Of a DNA stretch of 64,000 bases, positions 55,051 through 64,000 are shown one piece after another. The translations under genes were made by a program, and so were the position numbers. The first letter of the stretch is position 1. Every line of letters starts with the position of its first letter. Origin of the DNA: Minisyncoccota bacterium (GTDB lineage Bacteria; Patescibacteriota; Minisyncoccia; Phycocordibacterales; UBA12079); the NCBI GenBank assembly GCA_023135835.1, contig JAGLSI010000001.1, forward strand, positions 2,400-66,399, read 5' to 3'. Below the pieces are notes generated by a model. The model did no database searches. It was not told the origin of the DNA and saw nothing but the letters and a program-made list of their open reading frames with translations.

Positions 55051-56319
55051 ATGAATTTTGCTCACAAATTTAAATTAGTTTTTAAAGACAAGAATTTAAG
55101 AAATAGAATTTTCTTTGTTTTAGCTTCTTTAATTGTTTTTAGAGCCTTAGCTTCTATTCCAATTCCAGGAGTAGATATAGCTAGGTTAAATGAATTTTTC
55201 TCTAATAGTCAATTTTTAGGGTTGTTAAACATGTTTTCTGGTGGAGGTTTGTCTAGTTTATCTATTGTGATGCTTGGTGTTTCTCCGTACATTACAGCTT
55301 CTATTATAATGCAGTTAATGACCATGATGATTCCAAAATTAAAGGAAATGTATCATGAAGAAGGAGAGGCTGGAAAGAAAAAATTTAGTCAGTATTCACG
55401 ATTGCTAACAATTCCATTGGCTTTAATTCAAGGATTTGGATTTTTAAGATTATTGCAAAGTCAGGGAGCTGTAGATATTTTAGGAAATTTTGAATTATTT
55501 ACTAATATAATGGTAATAACTGCAGGTTCTGTTTTGTTAATGTGGATAGGAGAACTAATTTCTGAGTATGGAATAGGAAATGGGGTTTCTCTTTTGATTT
55601 TTGCGGGTATTGTTTCTGGTTTGCCTACTAGTTTAAGTCAATTATATTTTAGTTTTGAAATGTCTCAATTACCGATGTTATTAGGATTCTTGATTGTATC
55701 CATAGCTATAGTTTATGCAATTGTCGTAGTTACTGAAGCAGAAAGACCTATTCCTATAAATTATGCTAAAAGAGTAAGAGGCTCAAAGGTTTATGGCGGG
55801 GTTTCTACTTACTTACCATTAAGAGTAAATCAAGCAGGGGTGATTCCTATTATTTTTGCGATGTCTATTCTTTTATTTCCTCAAATGATTTTAAATTTTT
55901 TGGTGAATTCAAGTAATGAGATAGTTAAGAATGTTTCAGATTTTATGTTAGGGATTATGTCTAATTCTTGGGTTTATGCGGTAATGTATTTTTTGTTAGT
56001 ATTTTTCTTTACTTATTTTTATACAGCAATTACATTTGATCCTGATGCTATTTCACAAAACTTACAAAAAAGCGGAGCTTTTATTCCAGGGGTTCGTCCA
56101 GGAGAGAAAACATCTGAATATTTAGGAAAGGTATTAACAAGAATTACTTTGGTAGGAGCTATTTTCTTAGGAATAATTGCTGTACTACCTTTAATTTTAC
56201 AAGCTTTCACTGGTATTGCAGCTCTGGCTATTGGAGGAACTGCTTTGTTGATTGTAGTTTCAGTTGTTCTTGATTTGGTAAAGAAAATAGACGCTCAGGT
56301 TTCAATGAGAGAATATTAA
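55051..56319 (+). CDS. secY: Preprotein translocase subunit SecY
   Basis: LGVSPYITASII, GIGNGVSLLIF, AGVIPIIFA, IPGVRPG, GGTALLIVV. Confidence 0.99.
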   Translation: MNFAHKFKLVFKDKNLRNRIFFVLASLIVFRALASIPIPGVDIARLNEFFSNSQFLGLLNMFSGGGLSSLSIVMLGVSPYITASIIMQLMTMMIPKLKEMYHEEGEAGKKKFSQYSRLLTIPLALIQGFGFLRLLQSQGAVDILGNFELFTNIMVITAGSVLLMWIGELISEYGIGNGVSLLIFAGIVSGLPTSLSQLYFSFEMSQLPMLLGFLIVSIAIVYAIVVVTEAERPIPINYAKRVRGSKVYGGVSTYLPLRVNQAGVIPIIFAMSILLFPQMILNFLVNSSNEIVKNVSDFMLGIMSNSWVYAVMYFLLVFFFTYFYTAITFDPDAISQNLQKSGAFIPGVRPGEKTSEYLGKVLTRITLVGAIFLGIIAVLPLILQAFTGIAALAIGGTALLIVVSVVLDLVKKIDAQVSMREY

Positions 56320-56329
56320 AACATTAAAA

Positions 56330-56351
56330 CCTGCCTATGCCGGCAGGCAGG
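56330..56351. repeat. CCTGCC palindrome after secY
   Basis: CCTGCCTATGCCGGCAGGCAGG between two AACATTAAAAC repeats. Confidence 0.75.
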
Positions 56352-56531
56352 CACTAGAACATTAAAACAAAAAAATGGTTTGCTAAAGCAAACCATTTTT
56401 TTGTCGCAAATTTTATTGTTTTTGTTTATAATGAATAGTATTAAAATAAATTTTATTTTTGATTAAAGGATTTAAAAAATCGCATAGCGGTTTTTTCTCA
56501 TAAATCCTAAATCTTAAATCTTTTAACAATT

Positions 56532-57125
56532 ATGAAACAAGCATATATTATTATAGGAAGATCAGGTTGTGGTAAAGGAACTCAGGCTGAGTTACTTATA
56601 AATTATTTAAAAAATGATTTAAATAGAAAGGTTTTTGACTTACAGACAGGAGATAAGTTTAGAGATTTTATAAAAGGAGAAGGTTATACTAATAAATTAG
56701 CCAAAGAAATTGGTGATAGAGGAGGACTCCAGCCAATGTTTCTAGTACTTTCTTTATGGGCAACAGCTTTGATTGAGAATCTAAAAGGAGATGAGGATTT
56801 AATTTTAGATGGAATGCCTAGAAAAAAAGATCAAGCAGATGTTTTGCATTCAGTTTTTGATTTTTATAGCTATGATAAACCAAAAGTTATTTACATTAAT
56901 GTTTCTAGAGAGTGGGCTGAAGAAAAATTATTGGCTAGAGGAAGGGGAGATGATGAAGCTGAGAAAATTAAAAATAGACAGGATTGGTTTGATACAGATG
57001 TAATTCCTGTTTTAGGCTTTTATGAAAACCATGAAGACTATGAATTTTTAGATATAAATGGAGATCAAAGTATTGAAGATGTTCACAATGAGATAATGAA
57101 CAAAATCGGAGATTTTGAATTATAA
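56532..57125 (+). CDS. adk: Adenylate kinase-family nucleoside monophosphate kinase (short LID)
   Basis: GRSGCGKGTQ, LDGMPR, RGRGDD; secY-adk-map synteny. Confidence 0.9.
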   Translation: MKQAYIIIGRSGCGKGTQAELLINYLKNDLNRKVFDLQTGDKFRDFIKGEGYTNKLAKEIGDRGGLQPMFLVLSLWATALIENLKGDEDLILDGMPRKKDQADVLHSVFDFYSYDKPKVIYINVSREWAEEKLLARGRGDDEAEKIKNRQDWFDTDVIPVLGFYENHEDYEFLDINGDQSIEDVHNEIMNKIGDFEL

Positions 57126-57219
57126 ATTTTAGATTTTAAATTTTAAATTAATAAAAATTTGATTTGCAAATTTTTAACTTTTAACTTTATAGACTTTATG
57201 AACTTTTGACTAATTTATT

Positions 57220-57987
57220 ATGCTTCCAAATATATATACAGAAGAAGAAATAGAAATTTTACGAGAAGGCGGTAAAAGGCTTAATTTTATTTTGCATGAA
57301 GTAGCTAAGATTGTAAAAGAGGGAAGCACTCCAGATGACCTAAATTCTTTAGCTGAAAAATTGATTTATGAACAAAGAGATAGTCCTGCTTTTTTAAATT
57401 ATACAACTGATGGACATAGACCATACCCGTCTTCTTTGTGTGTATCTGTAAATGACGAGGCTGTTCATGGAATCGGAAAAGGGAATAAGGTTCCTCTAAA
57501 AGAAGGAGATATTGTAAATATTGATTTAGGCTTAACTCATAAAGGATTAATTACTGATAAGACTTTAATGCTCGGAGTGGGTAAAATAGAATCAGATGAT
57601 ATAAATTTAATAGAAACTACTAAATTAGCTTTAGAAGCTGGAATTAAGGCTATAAAAGCAGGAAATACTACTGGAGATATCGGAAATGCGATAGAAACTT
57701 TAGTAAAAAGTAGAGGTTTTAATGTAATGAAAGAATTGGGAGGGCATGGAGTTGGTAAAGATGTTCATGAAAAACCTTTTGTTCCTAATTTTGGAAGAAA
57801 AGGTGAAGGTGATATCTTAAAAGAAGGAATGGTTATTGCCTTAGAACCAATTGTAACAAAAGGAGAGGGGAAAATTTATACAGCAAATGACGGGCATACT
57901 TATAGAAGTATAGATGGTGCTAATGTTGCTCAGTGGGAAGATACTGTTTTAGTGACAAAAGGAGGTTTTGAAATTTTAACTAGGTAA
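57220..57987 (+). CDS. map: Methionine aminopeptidase type I
   Basis: SVNDEAVHG, GGHGVG..HEKP, ALEP, EDTV. Confidence 0.96.
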   Translation: MLPNIYTEEEIEILREGGKRLNFILHEVAKIVKEGSTPDDLNSLAEKLIYEQRDSPAFLNYTTDGHRPYPSSLCVSVNDEAVHGIGKGNKVPLKEGDIVNIDLGLTHKGLITDKTLMLGVGKIESDDINLIETTKLALEAGIKAIKAGNTTGDIGNAIETLVKSRGFNVMKELGGHGVGKDVHEKPFVPNFGRKGEGDILKEGMVIALEPIVTKGEGKIYTANDGHTYRSIDGANVAQWEDTVLVTKGGFEILTR

Positions 57988-58000
57988 AAATAAATTCAAA

Positions 58001-58020
58001 CATGCTTGCCGACAGGCAGG
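58001..58020. repeat. Degenerate CCTGCC palindrome after map
   Basis: CATGCTTGCCGACAGGCAGG. Confidence 0.65.
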
Positions 58021-58136
58021 TTTTTAGTTTATCTTAAGATTTAAGAGGAAGTAATTGTATATTAAAAAAACTACTAATTTTAACAATTTTGTGTATAATT
58101 AAATTCAAAATAATTATTAAATAATATAAAAATTAT

Positions 58137-58613
58137 ATGGAAAAAGCACAAGAAGAAAAAACTTTAATTATAATGAAACCAGATGCAATTCAAAGATCTT
58201 TATTTGGAGAAATTTTACAAAGATTTGAGAGAAAAGGTTTAAAAATTATTGGGGTTAAGATGGCTAAAATATCAGATGTTTTGATTGAAGAACATTATAG
58301 CCATTTAACTGAAAAACCATTTTTTAATACTTTGAAAAATTATATGCAATCATCTCCTGTGGTATTGATTGCTTTAGCTGGTGCAAATGCTATTTCAGCT
58401 ACAAGGTTGATTGTTGGTCCAACTAAAGGATATGAAGCTGATGCAGGAAGTATTCGAGGAGATTATTCTTTGAGTGGACAATCTAACTTAGTACACGCTT
58501 CTGATGCCCCTGAAACAGCTGAAGTTGAGATTAAAAGATTTTTTGCCGAAGAAGAATTGTTTGATTATCAAAAACCTGATTACAAGTTGGTTTACTCAGA
58601 GGATCACTTTTAA
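58137..58613 (+). CDS. ndk: Nucleoside-diphosphate kinase
   Basis: IMKPDA, RFERKGLKI, GSIRGD, NLVHASD. Confidence 0.97.
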   Translation: MEKAQEEKTLIIMKPDAIQRSLFGEILQRFERKGLKIIGVKMAKISDVLIEEHYSHLTEKPFFNTLKNYMQSSPVVLIALAGANAISATRLIVGPTKGYEADAGSIRGDYSLSGQSNLVHASDAPETAEVEIKRFFAEEELFDYQKPDYKLVYSEDHF

Positions 58614-58673
58614 GAATCGGTTTTAGAAGTCTGTCAATCTTCACAAAGTAAAAATTGGTGTATAATATAAATA

Positions 58674-58806
58674 GGAGAAATATTTAGCGCAATAACCTAG
58701 CTAAACTTAAAGTAAAAGAGAGCAGGTGTTTCTGATTCACTGAGGTGTCTCGTTCACAGCACTCACCTAGAGATATTCTAGGGCTATCTGTACTAAGTGT
58801 TTCTCC
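58674..58806 (+). ncRNA. Structured ncRNA with 6S RNA-like architecture
   Basis: TATAAT at 58661; closing stem GGAGAAATATTTAG/CTAAGTGTTTCTCC; A-rich central bubble opposite a CCTAG..CTAGG hairpin; terminator 58810-58839; no ORF. Confidence 0.55.
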
Positions 58807-58886
58807 AATAAAAACAACTATCTTCGGATAGCTGTTTTTATTTTATTTATAGAGACGAACAAAAGCTTTTTTGATATAATTACAGA

Positions 58887-61058
58887 ATGAAATACGAAAA
58901 AGTTTTAAAGAATATAGTGTTAGTATTAATTTTTATTATCCCCTTTGTGCCGTTGGTAGTTTGTTCCTCTTTATTTTTTCCATACATTGTCGGAAAAAAT
59001 GTTTTATTTAGGATACTGGTTGAATTAGCTGTTGGTATTTGGGCAATTTTAGCTTTATTTAATAAAGAGTATCGTATTAAGGTTTCTTGGATTTTTGGAG
59101 GAATTGTTTCTTTGGTATTAATAATGTTTTTCGCTGATTTGTTGGGAGAAAATCCATTAAAGAGTTTTTGGAGTAATTATGAAAGAATGGAGGGGTGGAT
59201 AACTTTAATTCATCTTCTGGGTTACTTTTTAGTATTAACAGGAATGTTGAATTCTAAAAAACTTTGGTCTCGTTTTTTTAATACATCCTTATTGGTGAGT
59301 GCGTGGATTAATTTTTATGGAATTCTTCAATTAATAGGTTGGGCAAGTGCTAATCAGGGAACTTCTAGATTAGATACAACTTTTGGAAATGCTTCTTATC
59401 TTGCTATATATACTGTAATTCATATTTTCTTAGCTTTGTTTTTATGGGCACGACAACATGATTGGAAGAATTTAATGGGCTATTTTTATGGAGGAACAAT
59501 TTTACTTAATATTTATATTCTTTACCATACTGCTACTAGAGGAGCAATTTTAGGATTTATTGGGGCAATTTTATTGATTTCTTTTTTAGTTGCTTTGTTT
59601 GAAAAGGAGAATAAAAAGTTAAAGAAAATTTGTATTGGATTTTTAGTTGGAACTATTTTATTTATAAGTGGTTTTTTGGCAATAAAAGATACTTCTTTTG
59701 TTAGGGGTAGTGAGGTTTTAAATCGTTTTGCTTCTATTTCTTTACAAGAACAGACAACGAAATCTCGTTTTATGATTTGGGATATGGCTTGGCAAGGAGT
59801 AAAAGAAAGACCTGTTTTAGGTTGGGGTCAAGAGAATTTCAACTATGTTTTTAATAAATATTATAATCCTAAGATGTACGGGCAAGAAGAGTGGTTTGAT
59901 AGGACTCACAATGTGTTTATGGATTGGCTAATTGCAGGAGGTTTTTTAGGTTTATTAGCCTACTTATCTCTTTTTGTTAGTATTTTATACTATTTATGGA
60001 ACAAGAAATATGGAAAAGATTTTTCAGTATTTGAAAAAAGTATTTTTACTGGGTTATTGGCTGGTTATTTTATCCATAACTTTTTCGTGTTTGATAATAT
60101 AACTAGTTATATTTTATTTTTTACTATTTTAGCTTTCATACATAATTCAATCAATTTTAAAGAAAATATGGATGATAAAACCTTTGCTTTAGATAAAATA
60201 AGTGACGAGAATAAAAATAAAGTAATTATTCCGTTGATTGTTTTTCTAACTATTTTTTCACTTTATTTTTTTAACACGAAAGGCGTGTTAGCTAATAGAT
60301 CTTTATTATTAGGATTAAGTCCTCATCCAGAGGGTTTATCGGAAAATTTAAAATATTTTGAAAAGGCATTAAGTTATAATTCTTATGCTAATCAAGAAGT
60401 GAGAGAACAATTAATGTTATTTACTGGAAGAGTGGGTGAATTAGGAGGTGATCAGAGTATTAGAAATAATTTTTTTGAGTTGTCCAAGATGGGGATTTTA
60501 AAAGAAATTGAAAGAGATTCTGAAAATACCAGAAATAGAGTTTTGGCTGGGTCTTTTTTTAATAATTCAGGATATTACACAGAAGGATTTATTCAATTAG
60601 AAAAAGCTAGAGAACTATCTCCTAAAAAACAATCTATTTATTTTGTAATGGGCTTAGCTAATATTAATCAAAAAAAATATGATGAGGCCTTAGGTTTATT
60701 CAAAATAGCTTATGAATTAGAGCCAAAATATGATAAAGCAAGAGAATTGTATGCTCTTTCTGCGCTTTATTCAGGAAAAAATGATTTGGCTGATGAGTTG
60801 TTGCTTGAAAAAATTCCAACTGATTTAAGTTTTCTAAATATTTATAAAAATACAGGGCAATTTGATAAGATGATTTTAGTAGCAGAAAAAATAGCAGAGA
60901 AAAACTCTAATGACCCTCAGTCTTTTATTACTCTAGCGGCTGCTTATTATGAGGTGGGTAGAAATTTGGAAGCAATAGAACAATTAAGAATAGCTATTAA
61001 ATTAGATCCTAATTTTAAAGAACAAGGTGAAGCGTTTATTAAAGCGATGCAAGAATAG
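58887..61058 (+). CDS. O-antigen ligase-family (Wzy_C) membrane protein with C-terminal TPRs
   Basis: TFGNASYLA, TATRGA, RPVLGWGQENF, DRTHN; TPR tail. Confidence 0.88.
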   Translation: MKYEKVLKNIVLVLIFIIPFVPLVVCSSLFFPYIVGKNVLFRILVELAVGIWAILALFNKEYRIKVSWIFGGIVSLVLIMFFADLLGENPLKSFWSNYERMEGWITLIHLLGYFLVLTGMLNSKKLWSRFFNTSLLVSAWINFYGILQLIGWASANQGTSRLDTTFGNASYLAIYTVIHIFLALFLWARQHDWKNLMGYFYGGTILLNIYILYHTATRGAILGFIGAILLISFLVALFEKENKKLKKICIGFLVGTILFISGFLAIKDTSFVRGSEVLNRFASISLQEQTTKSRFMIWDMAWQGVKERPVLGWGQENFNYVFNKYYNPKMYGQEEWFDRTHNVFMDWLIAGGFLGLLAYLSLFVSILYYLWNKKYGKDFSVFEKSIFTGLLAGYFIHNFFVFDNITSYILFFTILAFIHNSINFKENMDDKTFALDKISDENKNKVIIPLIVFLTIFSLYFFNTKGVLANRSLLLGLSPHPEGLSENLKYFEKALSYNSYANQEVREQLMLFTGRVGELGGDQSIRNNFFELSKMGILKEIERDSENTRNRVLAGSFFNNSGYYTEGFIQLEKARELSPKKQSIYFVMGLANINQKKYDEALGLFKIAYELEPKYDKARELYALSALYSGKNDLADELLLEKIPTDLSFLNIYKNTGQFDKMILVAEKIAEKNSNDPQSFITLAAAYYEVGRNLEAIEQLRIAIKLDPNFKEQGEAFIKAMQE

Positions 61059-61203
61059 GCTTTGTGAGGCAAATTTATTTTTCTTTTCATGTAACATGGA
61101 TAACTAACACTTTATAAAAGAAAATGATTACCTATATCTGCTTTGGTAGATATAGGTAATTTTTTTATTTATAATCCTTGGGTTTTGTGCTAAAATACTC
61201 TTT

Positions 61204-63741
61204 ATGATAAAAAGATTAAAGAAAATTTTTGGTGATCAGAATTCTAAAGAAATTAAGAAATTACAGCCAATTGTTCAGAAAATAAATGATTTAGAAGAAG
61301 AAATCTCAGCTCTTTCTGATGATAAGCTAAAGGACAAGACTAAAGAATTTAAAGAAAGATTAAATAAAAAAGAAAGTTTGGATAATATTCTTCCAGAAGC
61401 TTTTGCTGTGGTTAGGGAAACTTCTAAAAGAACTTTAGGGCAAAGACATTATGATACTCAATTAATGGGAGGAATAGGGTTACATAAAGGTTCAATTTCT
61501 GAAATGAGAACTGGTGAGGGAAAAACATTAGTCGCTACATTACCCGTTTATTTAAATGCACTTTTAGGGGAAAGTGTTCATGTAGTTACTGTTAATGATT
61601 ATCTTTCTCGTAGGGATGCGGTTTGGATGGGACAGATTTATGCATTTTTAGGGTTAAGTATAGGTGTAATTGGGCATGATTCTTCTTTTGTTTATGATTC
61701 CACTCATATTAAAACAGAAGAAGGAAAAGAAGATGATAAAGAAAGAGATTCAGAGGGATCATATAAAGTGGTTGATGAATTTTTGAGACCTTGTTCTCGG
61801 CAAGAAGCTTATAAGGTTGATATTACTTATGGGACTAATAGTGAGTTTGGCTTTGATTACTTAAGGGATAATATTGAACATAATAAAGAAAATTTGCGAC
61901 AACGAGGTTATAGTTTTGTAATTGTTGATGAAATTGATTCTATTTTAATTGATGAAGCTAGAACTCCTTTAATTATTTCTATTCCTGATAAAGAGTCTGG
62001 AGGATTATATGCTAAGTTTTCACAAATTTCGCAAGGCTTAAAAGAAGGAGAGGACTTTGAGATAGATGAAAAGAAAAAAGCTATTTCTTTGAAAGACTCT
62101 GGAATTGAAAAGGCAGAAAAAGCTCTTGGGGTAGGTAATATTTATACAGAAAAAGGGATTAAATATGTGCATCATTTAGAAACAGCAGTTAGGGCCAAGT
62201 CTCTTTTTAAATTAAATAAACATTATGTAGTTAAAGACGGGTCTATTATAATTGTTGATGAGTTTACTGGACGAATGCAACCTGGTCGTCGTTGGTCAGA
62301 AGGTTTACATCAGGCTATTGAAGCAAAAGAAGGATTAAAGGTACAAAACGAATCAAGGACTTTTGCTTCTATTACTTATCAAAATTATTTTCGAATGTAT
62401 AAAAAACTGAGCGGAATGACAGGAACAGCCCAAACATCGGCTGAAGAGTTTTTGAAAGTTTATGGTTTAGATGTTTTAGTTTTACCAACTAATAAGCCAA
62501 TTCAAAGAAAGGATGAAAATGATTTAATTTTTCAAACTAAGAATGGAAAATTTCAGGCTATTGCGAGAGAAGTAAAGGAATTAAATAAAAAAGGACAGCC
62601 TATTTTAATCGGAACAGTTTCAATTGAAAATAACGAGTTACTTTCTGCTTATTTAAATAAGGAGGGGATTAAGCATGAAATTTTAAATGCTAAGAACCAT
62701 GAGCGAGAAGGAGAAATTGTAGCTGCAGCAGGAGAAAAAGGAAAAGTAACTGTGGCTACCAACATGGCTGGTCGTGGAGTGGATATTAAATTAGGAGGGC
62801 TTCCTTTTGATGAAAATAAAAAGAAAGAAGTTTTGGATTTAGGAGGTTTATTTGTATTGGGAACAGAAAGACACGAAGCAAGGAGGGTTGATAATCAGTT
62901 AAGGGGAAGAACAGGAAGACAAGGGGATGTTGGTCAAACTCAATTTTTTGTATCAATGGAAGATTCTTTGATGAGGGTTTTTGCTTCATCTAATATTAAA
63001 GGGATGATGGGGAAATTAGGTATTCCTGAAGATCAGCCCATTGAAAATAAAATGGTTTCTAAGGCTCTTGAATCTGCACAGACTAAAATAGAAGGTTTCC
63101 ATTTTGATTCTCGTCGTCATGTTTTGCAATATGATGATGTTTTGAATCATCAAAGACAAATTGTATATTCTAGAAGACGAGATGTTTTATTAGGAGACGA
63201 TAAGTTAGTAAGTGATAAATTTAATGAAATTTTAGAAACTGGAGAAAAAGAAATCATAAATACTATTACACAAAAAAGACTTTTAATAGGGGATAAAGAC
63301 TTTTTAGATATCGTTAGAAAAACTATCTTACAAACAATTGATATGTTTTGGGTAGATCATTTGGAATTAATGGATTATCTTCGTTCCAGTGTGAACCTAA
63401 GAGCTTATGGGCAGAGAGACCCTTTAGTTGAATATAAAAGAGAAGGTTTGCAATTATTTAAGGAAATGCAAAATTCTATTAATGAGCATATTTTAAAATT
63501 AATTCCAAGATTAGATACAGAAACTTTTTTGAAAAATCGGGAAGCGATGGAGAATAGTGGAGCAGTAGAAATGAATAATATTAAACAAGAGGCTGAAAAA
63601 ATAAACGCATCAACTTCAAATCAATCACTTGGTACTACAAGCACTAAGTCAGAGAAAGTAGGTAGAAATGACCCATGTCCTTGTGGGGCAAAGAAATCAG
63701 ATGGAAGTTCAATTAAATATAAAAATTGTTGTGGAAAATAA
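61204..63741 (+). CDS. secA: Preprotein translocase ATPase SecA
   Basis: MRTGEGKT, DEIDSILIDEARTPLIIS, ATNMAGRG, QLRGRTGRQGD, SEC-C motif GRNDPCPCG. Confidence 0.99.
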   Translation: MIKRLKKIFGDQNSKEIKKLQPIVQKINDLEEEISALSDDKLKDKTKEFKERLNKKESLDNILPEAFAVVRETSKRTLGQRHYDTQLMGGIGLHKGSISEMRTGEGKTLVATLPVYLNALLGESVHVVTVNDYLSRRDAVWMGQIYAFLGLSIGVIGHDSSFVYDSTHIKTEEGKEDDKERDSEGSYKVVDEFLRPCSRQEAYKVDITYGTNSEFGFDYLRDNIEHNKENLRQRGYSFVIVDEIDSILIDEARTPLIISIPDKESGGLYAKFSQISQGLKEGEDFEIDEKKKAISLKDSGIEKAEKALGVGNIYTEKGIKYVHHLETAVRAKSLFKLNKHYVVKDGSIIIVDEFTGRMQPGRRWSEGLHQAIEAKEGLKVQNESRTFASITYQNYFRMYKKLSGMTGTAQTSAEEFLKVYGLDVLVLPTNKPIQRKDENDLIFQTKNGKFQAIAREVKELNKKGQPILIGTVSIENNELLSAYLNKEGIKHEILNAKNHEREGEIVAAAGEKGKVTVATNMAGRGVDIKLGGLPFDENKKKEVLDLGGLFVLGTERHEARRVDNQLRGRTGRQGDVGQTQFFVSMEDSLMRVFASSNIKGMMGKLGIPEDQPIENKMVSKALESAQTKIEGFHFDSRRHVLQYDDVLNHQRQIVYSRRRDVLLGDDKLVSDKFNEILETGEKEIINTITQKRLLIGDKDFLDIVRKTILQTIDMFWVDHLELMDYLRSSVNLRAYGQRDPLVEYKREGLQLFKEMQNSINEHILKLIPRLDTETFLKNREAMENSGAVEMNNIKQEAEKINASTSNQSLGTTSTKSEKVGRNDPCPCGAKKSDGSSIKYKNCCGK

Positions 63742-63784
63742 TTTTTGGTAATTGATTATGTAGCAACATTCTCCTCAGGAGGAT

Positions 63785-63824
63785 GGTTCTGGAAAAAAAA
63801 TATAAAAAATGTTGCGGAAAGTAA
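63785..63824 (+). pseudogene. Orphan second copy of a SecA SEC-C tail
   Basis: GGT TCT GGA AAA AAA (+A) TAT AAA AAA TGT TGC GGA AAG TAA = GSGKK/YKKCCGK*. Confidence 0.6.
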
Positions 63825-63827
63825 ATT

Positions 63828-64000
63828 ATGAAAAAACTAGAGGATTTAAGTGATGGGAGAATTTTATATAAAAGTCATAGGGCTGAGCCATATTTTAGTT
63901 TCATTAAAAACGGAGTAAAAAATATTGAAGGACGAGTTTTAAAAAATCTATATAAAGATTTAAAACCAGAAGATGAGATTTTAATTTTTAATAACGAAGA
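63828..64000 (+). CDS. ASCH domain protein, 3' end outside window
   Basis: EPYFSFIKNGVKNIEGRV...LKPEDEILIF. Confidence 0.75.
   Translation, partial: MKKLEDLSDGRILYKSHRAEPYFSFIKNGVKNIEGRVLKNLYKDLKPEDEILIFNNE

Noticed and set aside
58674-58806. SRP RNA or tmRNA
   Set aside because: Lacks the SRP domain IV CAGG..GNRA..AGCA motif and the tmRNA GGGG...TCCACCA ends
971-62989. Short overlapping or antisense ORF-track entries (e.g. 971-1228, 6890-7123, 11630-11851, 13002-13211, 16056-16280, 19492-19953, 43544-43933, 49720-50091, 51654-52163, 56019-56210, 62786-62989)
   Set aside because: They overlap well-supported genes and have no recognisable motifs
1-64000. Recoded genetic code (UGA=Gly as in Gracilibacteria/Absconditabacteria)
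   Set aside because: Long conserved genes read through under the standard code and TGA ends complete ORFs such as tatD

Overview
Very AT-rich bacterial chromosome segment using the standard genetic code, most consistent with a Patescibacteria/CPR (Parcubacteria-like) genome: rpmD (L30) is missing between rpsE and rplO, rplA is absent next to both rplK and rplJ, IleRS carries a histidine-phosphatase insert, and core genes have AT-rich leaders without Shine-Dalgarno sites. The backbone is housekeeping: secE-nusG-rplK, ileS, recO, glyQS, metG, tatD, rpsF-ssb-rpsR, recA, ftsK, an S-layer-like gene, rplJ-rplL, a split S10/spc cluster from rpsS to secY-adk-map, ndk, an O-antigen ligase/TPR gene and secA. 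Accessory content: (i) a five-gene candidate defence island (35585-40254) with a GHKL/MORC-type ATPase and an unusual fusion of RNAP alpha-CTD, DnaA domain IV, sigma70 region 4 and two Zn/HNH-like repeats; (ii) a C5 methyltransferase plus HNH nuclease cassette inside the spc operon, bounded by identical 30-bp palindromes. Both end in paralogous membrane-anchored winged-helix genes and are bracketed by the same palindrome family. Also present: (iii) a divergent thyA / cytidylyltransferase-like / dCMP deaminase / HIT cluster, (iv) a type II TA pair, (v) several families of small palindromic elements, some overlapping start codons or in frame inside genes, and (vi) a 6S-like ncRNA candidate. I saw no tRNA, rRNA, CRISPR array, integrase or transposase. 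All calls come from reading the sequence and recognising motifs; no database searches were run.
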